64,000 nt of DNA, from contig OZ024742.1 of the NCBI GenBank assembly GCA_964016885.1, positions 188,108,001 to 188,172,000 of the forward strand, in the 5' to 3' direction. The stretch comes from Eledone cirrhosa. Taxonomy: Eukaryota. The translations under genes and the position numbers were made by a program. The notes under the pieces were generated by a model. That model had not been told where the DNA came from. It saw only the letters and a program-made list of their open reading frames with translations, and searched no databases. This document shows, in pieces, positions 46,190 to 59,966 of this stretch. Each line of letters starts with the position of its first letter. The stretch's first letter is position 1.

Positions 46190-46650
46190 CTTGTCGCTTA
46201 CTACGCTCTTTTTCTCTCTCCATCTTTACCTCTATCGTCACTTATCGCGCTCTATCTCTCTCCTTCTTTCCCTCTCTCGTCGCCTAGCGCGCTTTTTCTC
46301 TCTCCCCCTTTCCTTTTCTCGTCGCCTATCACGCTTTTTCTCTCTCCCCCTTTCATTCTCTCGTCGCCTATCGCGCTCTTTCTCTCTCCCTCTTTCCCTC
46401 TCTCGTCGCCTATCGCGCTATTTCTCTCTCCCCTTTCCTTCTCTCGTCGCCTATCGCGCTCTTTCTGTATCCCTCTTTCCCTCTCTCGTCGCCTATCGCG
46501 CTATTTCTCTCTCCCCCTTTCCTTCTCTCGTCGCCTATCGCGCTCTTTCTCTCTCCCTCTTTCCCTCTCTCGTCGCCTATCGCGCTATTTCGCCCTCCCT
46601 CTTTGCCTCTCTTGTCGCCTATCACGCTCTTTCTATATCCCTCTTTCTCT
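46190..46650. repeat. 42-bp minisatellite, about 11 copies
   Basis: GTCGCC anchors at 46279, 46321, 46363, 46405, 46446, 46488, 46530, 46572 and 46614; adjoins a (CT)n tract. Confidence 0.95.
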
Positions 46651-47210
46651 TTATATGTTTATTTCTCATTCACTTACACCATTACTTATCTCTGTCTCAT
46701 TATTTCACCTTTCCTTCCATTTACTCTAATTGTCTTCTGACATCTATTTCTCGAAATTTATATGTCTTCTATTATTTGTTCTATTTTCTCCTCTCTCTTT
46801 CATTCCGTGTCTCTAACCATGTCTCTATCCATACCACTGTTACTCTATTTCGCTGTCTCTCCTTCACTATATACATTCTGTTACCTCTTTCACGACCTCA
46901 TTTCTATCTCTCCTGAAACAAACTATAATGCGCCATTTTGTTTTTTTGTCTATACAATGTGATTCCGGTCTGTGTATTGATTTTTGGCACGTCTCCATAT
47001 TGCCTACATTCTAACTCAGTTTCCAACGGTAATTAGGTCTTGACTTAAAAGAAACGAATAATGCATAACTATACGCACATGCACAAACACATGTTCAAAA
47101 GAGAAACATTGGTAGCATAAGCGTCTCTATGGAACAGCTCATCTCTATTATGCGTTACGAACATATAAACTTTATCTATCTAAGTATTTCTCTCTGCCCC
47201 CCCCCCCCCA

Positions 47211-47286
<76 letters not shown>

Positions 47287-47289
<3 letters not shown>

Positions 47290-47610
47290 TAATAACAGAA
47301 CACACTCACTCTTTGGTTGGTTTTCGCTTCTGTGTCTTTTATATCGGTTAATTTAATTGATGCAGTCCTCAATGTTACCATTGACTGACCAACGGTCAAA
47401 TATACAGATAGAATATAGACACAAACACATATATATAGTCTAACAAAGTTCTTTCGTTGCACATCTGCAACATCGTCAGTGGTGCTATTATGTTTCCTCC
47501 CGTTGCATTGTATGCCTACGACACCGTACCATGAGGTGGCTTTCCCTATCTTATGTCTAGACCTATCTAAGCTATTCCATAAACCTCGCAAAACTAATTC
47601 ATCGCCGTTA
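47287..47610 (-). mobile_element. PLE pseudo-LTR fragment (same family as 59537-60502) in (TA)n
   Basis: Homologous to 59615-59830; carries an HHR core at 47444-47481. Confidence 0.85.
47444..47481 (-). ncRNA. Minimal hammerhead motif
   Basis: Reverse complement CA-CTGACGA-T-GTTGCA GATG TGCAAC-GAAA-GAAC-TT-TG; stem I is short. Confidence 0.65.
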
Positions 47611-47833
47611 TATATTTATATACATATATATATATATATATATATGTAGATAAATCTACCAAGAGTTTACGGTAGTGTCCAATCCGTATAAAGAACTCAA
47701 TGTATTCCGGATATCATGGAAAGAAGAGATGTAATGAAAATCCAATTTCGGTGAAAGATAAACGGTATACAGAGTCAAGATAAAATATTAAACAAATAAT
47801 GAACAAACAATTCCTTATATTAAACAAAAAAAG

Positions 47834-47988
47834 TTCACTATTTAACGATCGTTTCTAGGGTATATATGTGTTATAATTGGTATGCATATTTAACAGATCT
47901 ATGTACAAAATTATACAAAATTATACAAATTATCAAGATTAAATATACATACCTAACTCATATATACGCCGTCTTCAGAAATAATGAA
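47834..47988 (-). ncRNA. Hammerhead ribozyme motif with very long stem II
   Basis: Stem I TTCATTATTT/AAATAGTGAA (10 bp), CTGAAGA, stem II region of about 116 nt (GTATATATG/CATATATAC and GGTATGTATATTTAA/TTAAATATGCATACC), GAAA, palindromic ACGATCGT, GUU site. Confidence 0.8.
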
Positions 47989-48755
47989 GTATATTTATTG
48001 ATAATAACAACAATTCAAAATATCAGTTCAAAATTGACCAATGAAAGCACAAAGGGTTAAAAAGCAGTTTGGTGTGTGTATATACATGTAAAAACCTTAC
48101 ACATATTTTACAATAATGTGTGTATAATTTGTATGTGCATACTAAAAAGATGGATGTAAATACAAAATTTCAAGGTTAATATCTCTGTAAGCTTAATGCG
48201 CTGATAAGATACGCAATGATACTTATGGAGTCAAGCATATAAATATATTTTTTTCATACTCACACATATCAGTATAATCACACATACATGTGCGTATATG
48301 TATAAATATACACATAACCACGAACATACAAACACACACACTCCCCCACTCACATTTATATATGTGTATATAAAATCATAAGCAAATAGAAATTAAGTCA
48401 CTCACATAAAAACACTGGTACACACATTTCAAGATCAAGATACAGAAATTAGGTGGGAGGGGGGGGAGGGGTCAGTATTAGATTGTCAGACCAGACAGCC
48501 TAATATAAATGTATCTATAAATTAAGAAAAATAAAAAATAAAAACAATAAAGTATAATACATATAATATAATGTACATACGCATACAGATATACATACAC
48601 ATAGATACATATACGCGCACATAGAGATATCTACACATACATACATACACACATACCTATACTGTCATACACACACATACATTTACACGAACATACACAT
48701 ACACATATAAAAAGATATAAATACACACACACACACGCGCAACACATACACACAT

Positions 48756-48798
<43 letters not shown>

Positions 48799-48912
48799 TA
48801 TATACACACACACATAGACTCATATATATATATACATACATATACATACATATATACAAACATATATATCCCCACACTCATACCACCATAAAAAAACACA
48901 TACAAACACCCA

Positions 48913-48951
<39 letters not shown>

Positions 48952-49162
48952 ACATACACACACGTACACACATATGTATATATACATACATATATACACA
49001 CACATACACATATATATATACACACACACATAAAATACAGACATGCACATATATATATATATATATATATTTCATTACTCTTATATATACACATAGTATA
49101 TATACATACACAACCTCACTTGTACACACATACACATAAGTTATATTACAATAATAATAAAG

Positions 49163-49213
<51 letters not shown>

Positions 49214-49334
49214 TATACATACATATATATACATACACATACATACATACACATACATACATACACCTAAATATATACATATATAAATACACACATACGA
49301 ATAAAGATATATATTCACACATAGACACCTATAT

Positions 49335-49370
<36 letters not shown>

Positions 49371-51196
49371 ATATACACACACATACACATATATACACAC
49401 ATATATATATACACATACACACACACACACACACACAGACACACATACACACTCACATATATATATATATATATATATATATGTGTATGTGAGTGTGCGC
49501 AAATACATATATATATACACACACACATACAAACACACACAAACACATACATATGCATACGTGCACACACACACACATATATCACATAGATACGAAGATA
49601 AACATATAAATAGAGAGACATACAAATATATACAGAACCCATATACACATACATACAAACACGCATATACATATATATATACATATATACACATATATAT
49701 ATTCTTATATACAAGCATACACATGCACACACATACATACACATACATACACATATACATACCACACATTCACATACACATACATATATAATACATATAT
49801 ATACATATATATACATACATATGTATGTACAATCATATATACACACTCAATCTTACATTCATATTTACATGCACATATATGTATTTTTATATTTAGAAAT
49901 AAATACCAAAACCTATATAGACACCCATCTACACATATATTCATACAAATACGCTTACAAAAACAGATGATAATAGTATGGGGGAAAGGGGGGGTTTGGA
50001 GAAGGGGATCAAAGTAAATATATGTTTCAAGAAACATATAATATTTTCCATATCTTAATTCAATGTATGTTCTTACATATTTTCAGTGCTAGGAAATACG
50101 AAATCTATGCATCACAAAATAAAAAAGTATACCATTAATCATATGTTAACTAAACCAAAGATAGTCAACATATTGATTTCCAAGGTGTAAATTAGTTAGG
50201 TTTATAATATTTGAAGCAGAATTATGAAGTCAAACAGTAGTAGATTATTAATTACATTATAACTAAATTAAAGTTAATAACGTTATGGTATCAATATTAG
50301 GAGATGAATTTAGTAATAGGGAAAAGAAACCCAAATAAAAATAAAATAAAATATTACATCGGTAGTAGCATATAAATTATATGTTAACTAAATTAAAAAT
50401 TATATATTTATTTCAATAGTATACGTTAATTAGTATATGTTAATTAGGTATACAATAAATAAAGCAGATATTGTATTTCATCAATAGCATAATATAATTA
50501 TATGCAAATAAAAATCAAAATTAATACGCATACATATACATATACATACACATACACATATATATACATATACATACACATATATATATATATATATACA
50601 TATATATACACATACATACATATATAGTCACATAAATATACATACAGATACACATACAACACACACATATACATATACATATAGATATACATATCTTTTT
50701 CAAAAAATTGCACAGAATATATTAACTAGGTATATATCCAAAACACCTCCCATTCTATGATTACATGACATTCTGCAATTCGTCTGTACAAGGATACTAA
50801 TTTTAAGCAAATTAAAATTAAAGTTTTAGGTTGATTAAAACTAAAACCAAATAATAAATATATTTCCAAAATGTATATTAATTAGGTCTATAATACTAAA
50901 AATTCTTTCTCCGTCATAGGATACATGATATTATTTTGTTATATTTTATCTGTAAAAGAATTATAATAAAAAAAATTATAATAAAAGGTTAAACTAAATT
51001 AAAAAATTATAATAAAAGGTTAAAATAAGTTAAAATTAATCTATAAATTAAATTACTGAATATATATTAGTAATATTTAAAGGTTTTTCAAAATTTATGA
51101 TTACATAATATTTTCTCATCTGTAATAAAATATTAATTAAATTAAATTTATAGGTTAACTAACATTTAAATTAAATTAAATTCTAGAATAATGTTA

Positions 51197-53327
51197 TTAA
51201 TTAGGTTTATAATATTTAAATGTTTTTTTTAGTTTATGATTACACGATATAATTAATTCCTGTCTTTTATTTAATAAGATATCCCTAGACTTCATTATTT
51301 CAAATAGTTCTTGGGAACATAATCTACATTCCTTTCTATTATTTTGATAAGGGGTGGCTCTTTTGAGCACACTCCAGGTCAAATCATATTTTATATTTTT
51401 ATTTTTATAACTATTGATTTTTTCTGCTAGAGATGTTGTATTAGCCAGTGCGGCATTTTTAAAGCTATGTTTGTGGGTATTATACCTTGTCTTAAAATTG
51501 TTAGAGGTAGCTCCTATATATGAGCAAATAGAATCTTTAGTTTTAACATTACATTTATAGACTATGTTGTTAACAAGACAATTCCCTTTTAATGGGCAGT
51601 TTGTTTTGTTTCTACAGTTACATCCTTTCGTTAATTCTGTATTTGAGGAGATATTATTGTTAATTTGATGTACTGGTGGTATACTTATGGTTTTCTTACA
51701 TTTATATGCATTATATGCACTTATATTTTGTTTTATGTTATTTGTTGTAGAGTATGAGAATTTAACTGTAGACCTATTTAAGATTTGATGGTATTTGTGG
51801 TTTGGCGGGAAGTTTTTCTCAAGGATATAAAAAAATTTTTTAGCAATATTATCCTTAACTTGTAAATTAAAAGGAGCATTATACCAAGTAACTCGTCTAT
51901 TACGGTTTCTATGTTGTTTATTATTTTTATTATTTTTATATGTTGTATCATGATTTATGTTAATGATCTCACCACAACTATTTTTAGTTATATTTGTAGA
52001 TTTAGGTGTTTTATCTTTTTTATTAGGAGTTTTATTATTAATATTTATTATAGTCATATGATGAGTAGTTTTTTGAGGGTTACTATACTTTATATTAGAA
52101 GATTTAGTATTTTGGGGTATACTGTAGGTGGCATTTAGGTGTGTACTTTTCATTTGGTGTTTGTTGGTAATATTATGCTGTATGCTTTCAGTATTTTTAG
52201 TAGAAGGTATATACTCTAATCTATTTTTGTGGCCACTTCTATCTAGAGCTTCATTATAAAAGGTCGCATTTTTATCAAATACATCTTGGTTAGAAGAAAG
52301 GTTAGAAATTCTAAGTGATATATTATATGCAAGGTTTTTAAGGATAGATTTAGGGTGATTAGATTGTGAGTGTATGTAATGTAAGTTTTGGTTAGGTTTA
52401 TGGTAAGGTTGGTATATACCCGTAGCTAAATCTAAAGTTATATCTAGGAAATTTACTACTTTACTTGTTTTTTCAAAAGTAATATTAAGATTATAATAGT
52501 CTTTAAGGAAAGTTCTAATATGCTTTTTGTTTTTTTCGATTTCTGAAAGGCTAAGGTTGTTAGAAAGAAGAAGACAGTCATCACGATATAAACCACCTTT
52601 GAGGTGGGGAAAAGAGGCATTTATGTTGAAAAGGAGAAAGAGGCCCACAAGATCAGTAATTTGGGCAGAATCGCTTGAACCCATAGTAATATCAAAAAGA
52701 TTACTATAAGTGTTTCTGGTCCAGTATTCATTCTGAAATTCAATAAGTGTTTGTCTAGCATGTGTAATAATGTTAATGTCATCCGAAGTTAAATTAGATC
52801 TATTTTTAGCAAATATTAATGCTTTGTTCAGGAGTATGGGTGATATAGAAGAATAGTAATTATCTATATCAAACTGTAGGAAAGAAGCAGAAGATTTACA
52901 CCTAATATTTTTAAACCAATTAATTACCTGGGAGGTGTTTTCCCAGAGTGGTAAAATAACATATTTTCTTATTTGTGGGATGACTCTATCTAAAATTTTT
53001 TTGCTAATTATTCCAATATCTGATTTGGAGGGACATATAAGTCTAATAGAAGGATTAGAGTTAAAGTTAGATTTGTGATCTTTCAGGTTGAAGTGTGGAC
53101 TTCTCAATGCCAAAGGTTCAGTTCTATCTTCAATATTTAGTTTTTTTACTATGTTGTGTGTTTTGTTGTTGATGTTGGTGAGTGACACATTATTAGATTT
53201 TTTATAATTTTTTCTGAGTTCTTTATATATGAACTCATTATAATGTTCAATATCCATATGATACAAGTTACCAGTTTTGTCCGAGTGGACATGGATTTTT
53301 TTAGACTTTTTTAGGTCCAATAGGGTA

Positions 53328-53329
<2 letters not shown>
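51197..53329 (-). CDS. PLE reverse transcriptase plus GIY-YIG endonuclease (about 710 aa, no native start; resembles the Hydra clade)
   Basis: [28 protein letters not shown]...[35 protein letters not shown]-x5-[33 protein letters not shown]...CNH. The track's first 73 or so residues are translated microsatellite and flank. Confidence 0.95.
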
Positions 53330-53391
<62 letters not shown>

Positions 53392-53403
53392 TGATATGGA
53401 TAT

Positions 53404-53510
<107 letters not shown>

Positions 53511-53849
53511 TTTTTTATATATTCCTGCAGTGATATAAAAACAAACACAGAAACACTTAGATATTTAAAAGTGTCTCAACGCACTCATACAAATAAACTC
53601 ATTAGTACAACCACGCTTCTGATGGTAGATATAATTTCTATATATGCACATCCTGCGAAACAAGCTATCACACGATAAAAACATTGCTTTTCTCCCGAAA
53701 TGTAATTTGTCTTATATAAATATTTCATTTTATCCTACATTTCCTTTGGTTAAATTTCAATATTTCTCGTCTTGGACGATTATCGCACCAGTTGTTCGGT
53801 GAAGGGAATGGTCTACTCGTTCAATTATCATATGAGCAACCGGCTAATC

Positions 53850-54490
53850 CACATATAAGTATAGCAGTCGAGTACTCCGCCCCCATGAGTATACTCCTGT
53901 CGTGTATCCTGATAGACTGCTCAATCAAATGACGTACAAGCATCCGAGTTTTTCAAAGATACGTATAAACAGTCGAGTATTCCATAGGTACGAATAAGCA
54001 GCTGTGTATTCCGTAGATACGTATGAGCAGCTGAATATTCCATAGATGCGTATAAAGAGCCGACTATTTCACAGATACGTATAAGCAGCCGAGTATTCCA
54101 TAGATACGTATAAAGAGCCGTGTGTTCCATAGATATGTATAAGCAACTGAGTATACCATAGATACGTATAAACGGCCGACTTTTCCATATATACACATAA
54201 ACAGTCGAGCATTTCATAGATACGTGTAAGTAACTGAGTATTCCATAGATACGTATAAAGAACCGTGTGTTCCATAGATACGAATAAGCAACTGAGTATT
54301 CCATAGATACGTATGAAAGGCCGACTTTTCCATAGTACGTATAAACGGCCGACTTTTCCATAGATACACATAAACAGTCGAGCATTTCATAGATACGTGT
54401 AAGTAGTTGAGTATTCCATAGATACATATCAGCAGTCGAGAATTTCAGAGATACGCATAAACAACTGCGTAATCCACAGATACGTATGTA
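53850..54490. repeat. 29-bp minisatellite, about 20 copies, inside a SINE remnant
   Basis: Unit approximately GAGTATTCCATAGATACGTATAAGCAGCC; TCCATAG-type anchors at 53981, 54010, 54039 and onward. Confidence 0.92.
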
Positions 54491-56779
54491 ATTGATACAA
54501 TACTCAAGCAGAATCAGTGTGACATATTGCTAAACGAGACTGTACTTTTACAATTCCGAGAACGCTGCACCCCACGAGTGTCAAAACAGAGGCTGTTATT
54601 CCAGTGTTCTTCCCAATGTGTGATGCATGCGACGCTATACTAATAGTCGCGTGGCCAAGATGACATACAGTGATACTGAAAACCTAGCCTTAAGATTGGC
54701 AAGTGATGTTTTACCCCTTTCAGCTATGTAGCGCCTATAACTTAGATTTAAGCAAATATACTTATGATATAAGTGATACTCGACTAGGGTTTATACAGGA
54801 TTAGTTGTTGATGTGTATGGAATTATTTTCTAGGTCTAAAGAGGAAGGCTGTTCTTGTAGATTCGATATTTGCTATGTTAACGGTGTACATTCATCGGGA
54901 AGGATCTTCAGTGTCATTTATTATTTCAATTACATCTTTTATATATTTCAGTTCACCACATTAACAAGTGCAAGTGCAATAAATAGTAAATGATATTTGT
55001 GGTCAACTCACCGTTTTATCAGATATTCTCATGGATGTCTGCTTCTAATATACGCTTTTAATAGATTCCTTCGAAGATATCTCACAATTAAAGTTTCATA
55101 GAAAATACCAAAGGCGCCGTGTAGTGGGATCGAATAAGAATTAATGTCTTTGTGAAACTGACTCCATAATATGAAAGATATCCATGCACCCATATTATAT
55201 AATACCTCTGTTAATACAGAAATCTGGAAAATGAGAATAAAAGAAAGGAAATACGATAAAGTATAAAAGTAAAAACAAGTAGCCAATGAATAATAGCATT
55301 ATCTATCAGGCATAATGCCATGGCTTCTAATCACCATGCTATAATTACATTCAACCATTCACTCCTTCTAAACTGCTTTAACATTAAGGAGGTATGATAT
55401 GAGGAAACGGCTGTTCGCACTTCGACACCAATTTCTTGAACCTATATAAGATATAATGAATGTCATGTAATCTCTAATATTCCCATTCTTTCGGCGACTA
55501 ATACGATTATTCTTACACTTAACTACAACATTCTCAAAAAGAGTGAAAGTCGCCAAACATTTCTTCTTTTATATTTGTTATCATAAGAATCTCTCATATT
55601 AATGATTTTGAACTAGAAGCCAAGGCAATCATCTCCAATGGACACCCTCAAGCCATGCTATATGTAAGAAATCTTAAATGTGGTGTATGAACCAGCTGAT
55701 TACCATTTTCGCAGCAATGAGCTGTGTCGATTCGTATTATAATACACATGAAGAGCCACATCAAAAGTAACGCAGATTATCACGCGGCCAGTTTCTTAAC
55801 CCAACTGTCTGCATTGTGTGCTGTTATTGCGAATATTTCGCCACTTCCATTTTGTCTTCCGTCTGAAGAAGATGTTTTAAGGACAAACAATGAAAAATAT
55901 GATAAACGCTTAAACTCTAGCTTTAGTTTCGCACTTGTATAGCACTGGATTTCCTGAAATATATGTAACCATATATATAAAAAATCTTCTTATAGGCTGA
56001 AAGGAATTCTGTGAAATGTATTCAGTTAAATATTAGGATATATTGAGCATATCCTGCATACATACTTCAGCCTGTAGCCATGTAGACGTCTGACGTTCTT
56101 GGTGTCCATAATACCTCCTTACTTACTGCTGTCGGACACGCGCAGTACTGAGGTACATGGTTGGAATGGATATTTCAATTCCTCTACCTCGCTAAAAACC
56201 GGGGCAATAGTATCTCAATTCTGTCTACTGAGACCACAACGTAACTCGCGCCTAGGGTCCTGTACACCAGAGAGCGTTCTGCCATATTGACTAGGAACGT
56301 ATAATTGGAGTAGCGATGCATTAGGTAAATGACTCTTGTTGGTTCCAGAGAATAACATTAAAACCTGATCATTTAAAACACAAAAGAACGTTGACACATT
56401 GTTGTATTTAATTTAATGTTGAGCTTTCAAAAACCAAGGTAGAATTAATCTTAAATTAAGTATAATGTTCAGTCATTGGTAGGAATATGTTTGTTTCAGT
56501 GTATATGAAGATGCACACACAATTGCTCAGTGTAAATTTTTAAAATCTTGTATAATTCCAGTCGAACATAGTATTGTTAGCCCAGCACCCAAACAACACG
56601 CTTTCACCTCGTAAATATATATACGTCCTATCTAGTCCAGCGCTATATCGATTCTACCAATCAGTAAATATAGAATAATAACTATCACAATTTACCTTTG
56701 TAAAATACTTTATAGTTAAAAAAAACAAACAACTATTTATATGCCCTCCCCACCAAATAAATCATTCATAGTTGCGGGC

Positions 56780-56964
56780 ATACATATGTGAATAAGGAAT
56801 TAACCTCCCCCACCGCAAAACCTCTGGTTCTGTGTTCATACGTGACACTTTGGGCAGGTTTCTGCCAATGTAGGTCTTAGCTGGCCAATGCCTCTTAATG
56901 GAAATTTAGTCAATGGACACTTTGTGGGAGCACATGCTGAGTTTACGTGTATGTGTGTGTGCAC

Positions 56965-56996
<32 letters not shown>

Positions 56997-57170
56997 TTGT
57001 GGGTTCGTGCACTTGTCCGTCTCAGGTACCCAAGCGGTTCGATTATGTGAAAGTTATCAAATATAAAACAGACTTGAAAAACCACTGAGCTCTATACGGA
57101 AGACTAAATCCCTTGAATGCATCCTCTGGCCCAGCTATGCCGCCCATTGTGTAATTCCTGGAATCAGTAA
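56780..57170 (+). mobile_element. Old SINE (family C) remnant
   Basis: Degenerate GACACTTTGGGCAGG...GGCCAATGCC...TGGAAATTTAGTCAATGGACAC followed by TA/TG repeats; resembles a common octopus SINE from memory. Confidence 0.5.
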
Positions 57171-59084
57171 AATAAGAAAAGACAAATGTACTTCAAAATT
57201 ATGTGTGATTGACGTAGCGGTGTCTATTTTGGTGACGTGAATGGCTTTTGTAAGGTGTTGTTATATTTAGTAGAAACCTATTCATTTTAATTGGTTCAAT
57301 AATCTTTATAGAGCAATTATATTCATTTGGATCGTTACAACCTCTGTCCACCTGATATTCTACAGAAAACTCAGAAGGTTCTGGAATAAAGCCCATTATT
57401 TTCAAAGAAAAGTCTATATATACTTGCAATGTATCTTTATAATTATAATATTTAATCTATATTTATATAATTGTACTTAATGCTTAAAATTCTTTCCTTT
57501 CCCCCTCTTACAAATTGGCTTATAAACACAATTATTAGTTTTAGTTATTGGCAATAAATGTTTAAACAAATATTTTCATTTTTTTATCACAGAGACCTAA
57601 ATATCTTACATTAATTAAACTAGATGAATATATTGAAACCTTAAAGCAAAATGGACCCCCGTCTGTTTCGACTGAGAGGTACAGTTGTTTTTTTACTATC
57701 TACAGAAGAGTCTTGTCGTGGATTTAACGTTGAAATAGTTGAAAGTACTTCAGGAGTATATCATTAACAGATTTACAATCTTTAAAAACTAACAAGATTG
57801 GAAGCTCAATATATGATTACAGCTTTACCAAATATAAACAAAATATTTGAGTATATGGAAGCTACGAACAATTCAACAACAGAAACTTCTAGCTGTTTTA
57901 CAGCTTCCTTTATTTCCTCTTTTCTTTTCCGTTTTTTTTTACTAATGCATAATCTGCCTCCCATTGGTCTTCAGTATTTGAAATTTTCTTTTAATTTAAT
58001 TTAATTTTTTTCTTTTTTTCTGTTATTTATTTCTTTTGTATTACTTGTCTAACTACCTCTTTTTGATTACCAATTGTAATGTGTATTGGATACTTTCCCT
58101 AGTCTGTCACGGCTTACTAGCTCTATACGGATATGTACATCGAATAAATAAATGCATGAAGATTCAACTGTATGGCAGGGCTAGTCATTTGAATGATCTG
58201 AACTATACATCCGACTTCCGAACACACATTGTCCGTTTAATCGAGTTTTACTCACGCTAGGCTATGATAAAATATACTTACCAAAGATGGTACACAAAGA
58301 GACTGAACGCCCTAACACAATCATCCATTACATTTTCATCTAATAAGTAGCCATTTTGGATTATACAACCAAGCTTTTCATTTAAGATTGTGTGAATTAG
58401 CAGAAAATGTTTTCAGAGCGCTGTATCAATTGGAATAGGACACTGAATATTAGAAATAACTATACCAAAGTTATTTGAATTGTCCGTAGATATGTTTAAT
58501 TTGTACTTAATATTTTGCGAGAACATTCCAACAAACTACAATGGCCTACGTTAATTAGCTCATAAAAATGTACATCGACGTCTTAATTTAATTAAAAGCG
58601 GGATGACGAATACACAGATGTATCAAGAAAAATTATCTGCCATTACAATAATTATGACATGTATTTCTATTCCATCGTGAGACACGTGTAATTGTGACTA
58701 ATACATTGATACAAATACACCGGCACGGCAAGTCGGTCACTAAGACATGAAATATAGATCAAACGGATGAAAAGAAGATGAATGATATCCAAGTGTTTCC
58801 GTTTTCTTTAACACTATAAACGTTCATGTTTAATGCATATTACGAATATCAATAGGCAACAGGCAGAGTTGTTAAAGCGTCAGAGAGAATATTTCGTGAT
58901 AATTCTTCTTGCTCAACAGCCCATCTGAGTTCAAATTCCACCGAGGTGAACCTCGTCTTTTACCACTTCATGGTCGATAAGATGAAATAGGATTAATTTA
59001 CGTTCTTACATTATATGTCCACCTGAGAGTCTATATGAAGATCAACTTGTTTGGGAATAAAGCCCAACATTTTCAACATTTTGT

Positions 59085-59183
59085 GAGTGTCTCACAAAAT
59101 GTATGCACACTTTAATTACCGGTACAAGCAATATTTATTACATTGCTGTTGAAGTGTGTATACATTTTTTCTGACAACCTGTA
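59085..59183. mobile_element. Tc1/mariner-type MITE, second copy of the 44580 family
   Basis: Shares CAAAATGTAT(G/A)CA and GTTGAAGTGTGTATACATTTTT..GACA.CCTGTA. Confidence 0.65.
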
Positions 59184-59326
59184 AAAATACAATACATTCG
59201 CCATTATTTTCGCGACGTGGAGCTGAGATATACTGTTTAGGCTAAGGTGTAGTGGCTGCCCCACTAATTTCCTCTTCCTCCTTTTTCATTATTTAACCTA
59301 CTCCCATTTCTCTCTCTCACTATATA

Positions 59327-59377
<51 letters not shown>

Positions 59378-59378
59378 A

Positions 59379-59415
<37 letters not shown>

Positions 59416-59482
59416 ATGATATATATATATATATATATACAATGATGAAAGCAATTTTTAAATGGATTTAAATTATATATAA

Positions 59483-59538
<56 letters not shown>

Positions 59539-59834
59539 CGGCGATATATGAAATCGTGTGTCGAAACAGATATTGTTATATTTGGGGACGGTCATGTTTG
59601 CGTAATATTGCCAGAATTAATAACAGAACACACTCACTGTTTGGTTGGTTTTCGCTTCTCGCTGTCTTTTATATCTGCGATCTAACTTACTCGGTCCTCA
59701 ATGTTGCCATTGACTGACCGGCGGTCAAAAATAATACAGATTCAATATAGACACAAACACATATATATATCTTACATAATTTACATAAATCTTTCGTTGC
59801 ACATCTGCAACATCGTCAGTGGTGTTATATTCAT

Positions 59835-59966
59835 AGGAATGACCCAGCAGATAGGCAAATCAGAGAGGCCAGTGAAATAGAAATTAGAAGACCAAAGCTA
59901 AACAGAAAGAATGAGTGGAACAACAACAACACCCAAACAAACAACACTGGCCTAAGAGAAGTATAA
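59835..59966 (+). pseudogene. C-terminal fragment of a PLE GIY-YIG endonuclease
   Basis: In-frame RNDPADRQIREASEIEIRRPKLNRKNEW...GLREV*, matching the R..REA..I....P.LN end of PLE endonucleases; not in the ORF track. Confidence 0.8.

Larger units (their letters stand above)
47646..53329 (-). mobile_element. Penelope-like retroelement, 5'-truncated, inserted in (TA)n
   Basis: RT plus GIY-YIG ORF, long low-complexity 3' region, HHR, 3' TGAGT hairpin, (TA)n on both sides. Inclusion of 47646-51196 in the element is inferred. Confidence 0.75.

Noticed and set aside
53850-54490. CRISPR-like array or repeat protein
   Set aside because: Contiguous 29-bp units with no unique spacers, no cas genes and a eukaryotic context.
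55085-55225. Possible minus-strand exon after a strong acceptor
   Set aside because: Peptide not recognised; no supporting gene structure.
57591-57678. Possible host exon (polypyrimidine-CAG ... GAG/GTACAG, open frame RPKYLTLIKLDEYIETLKQ)
   Set aside because: No recognisable protein and no partner exons; such signals arise by chance in AT-rich DNA. RNA-seq would be needed.
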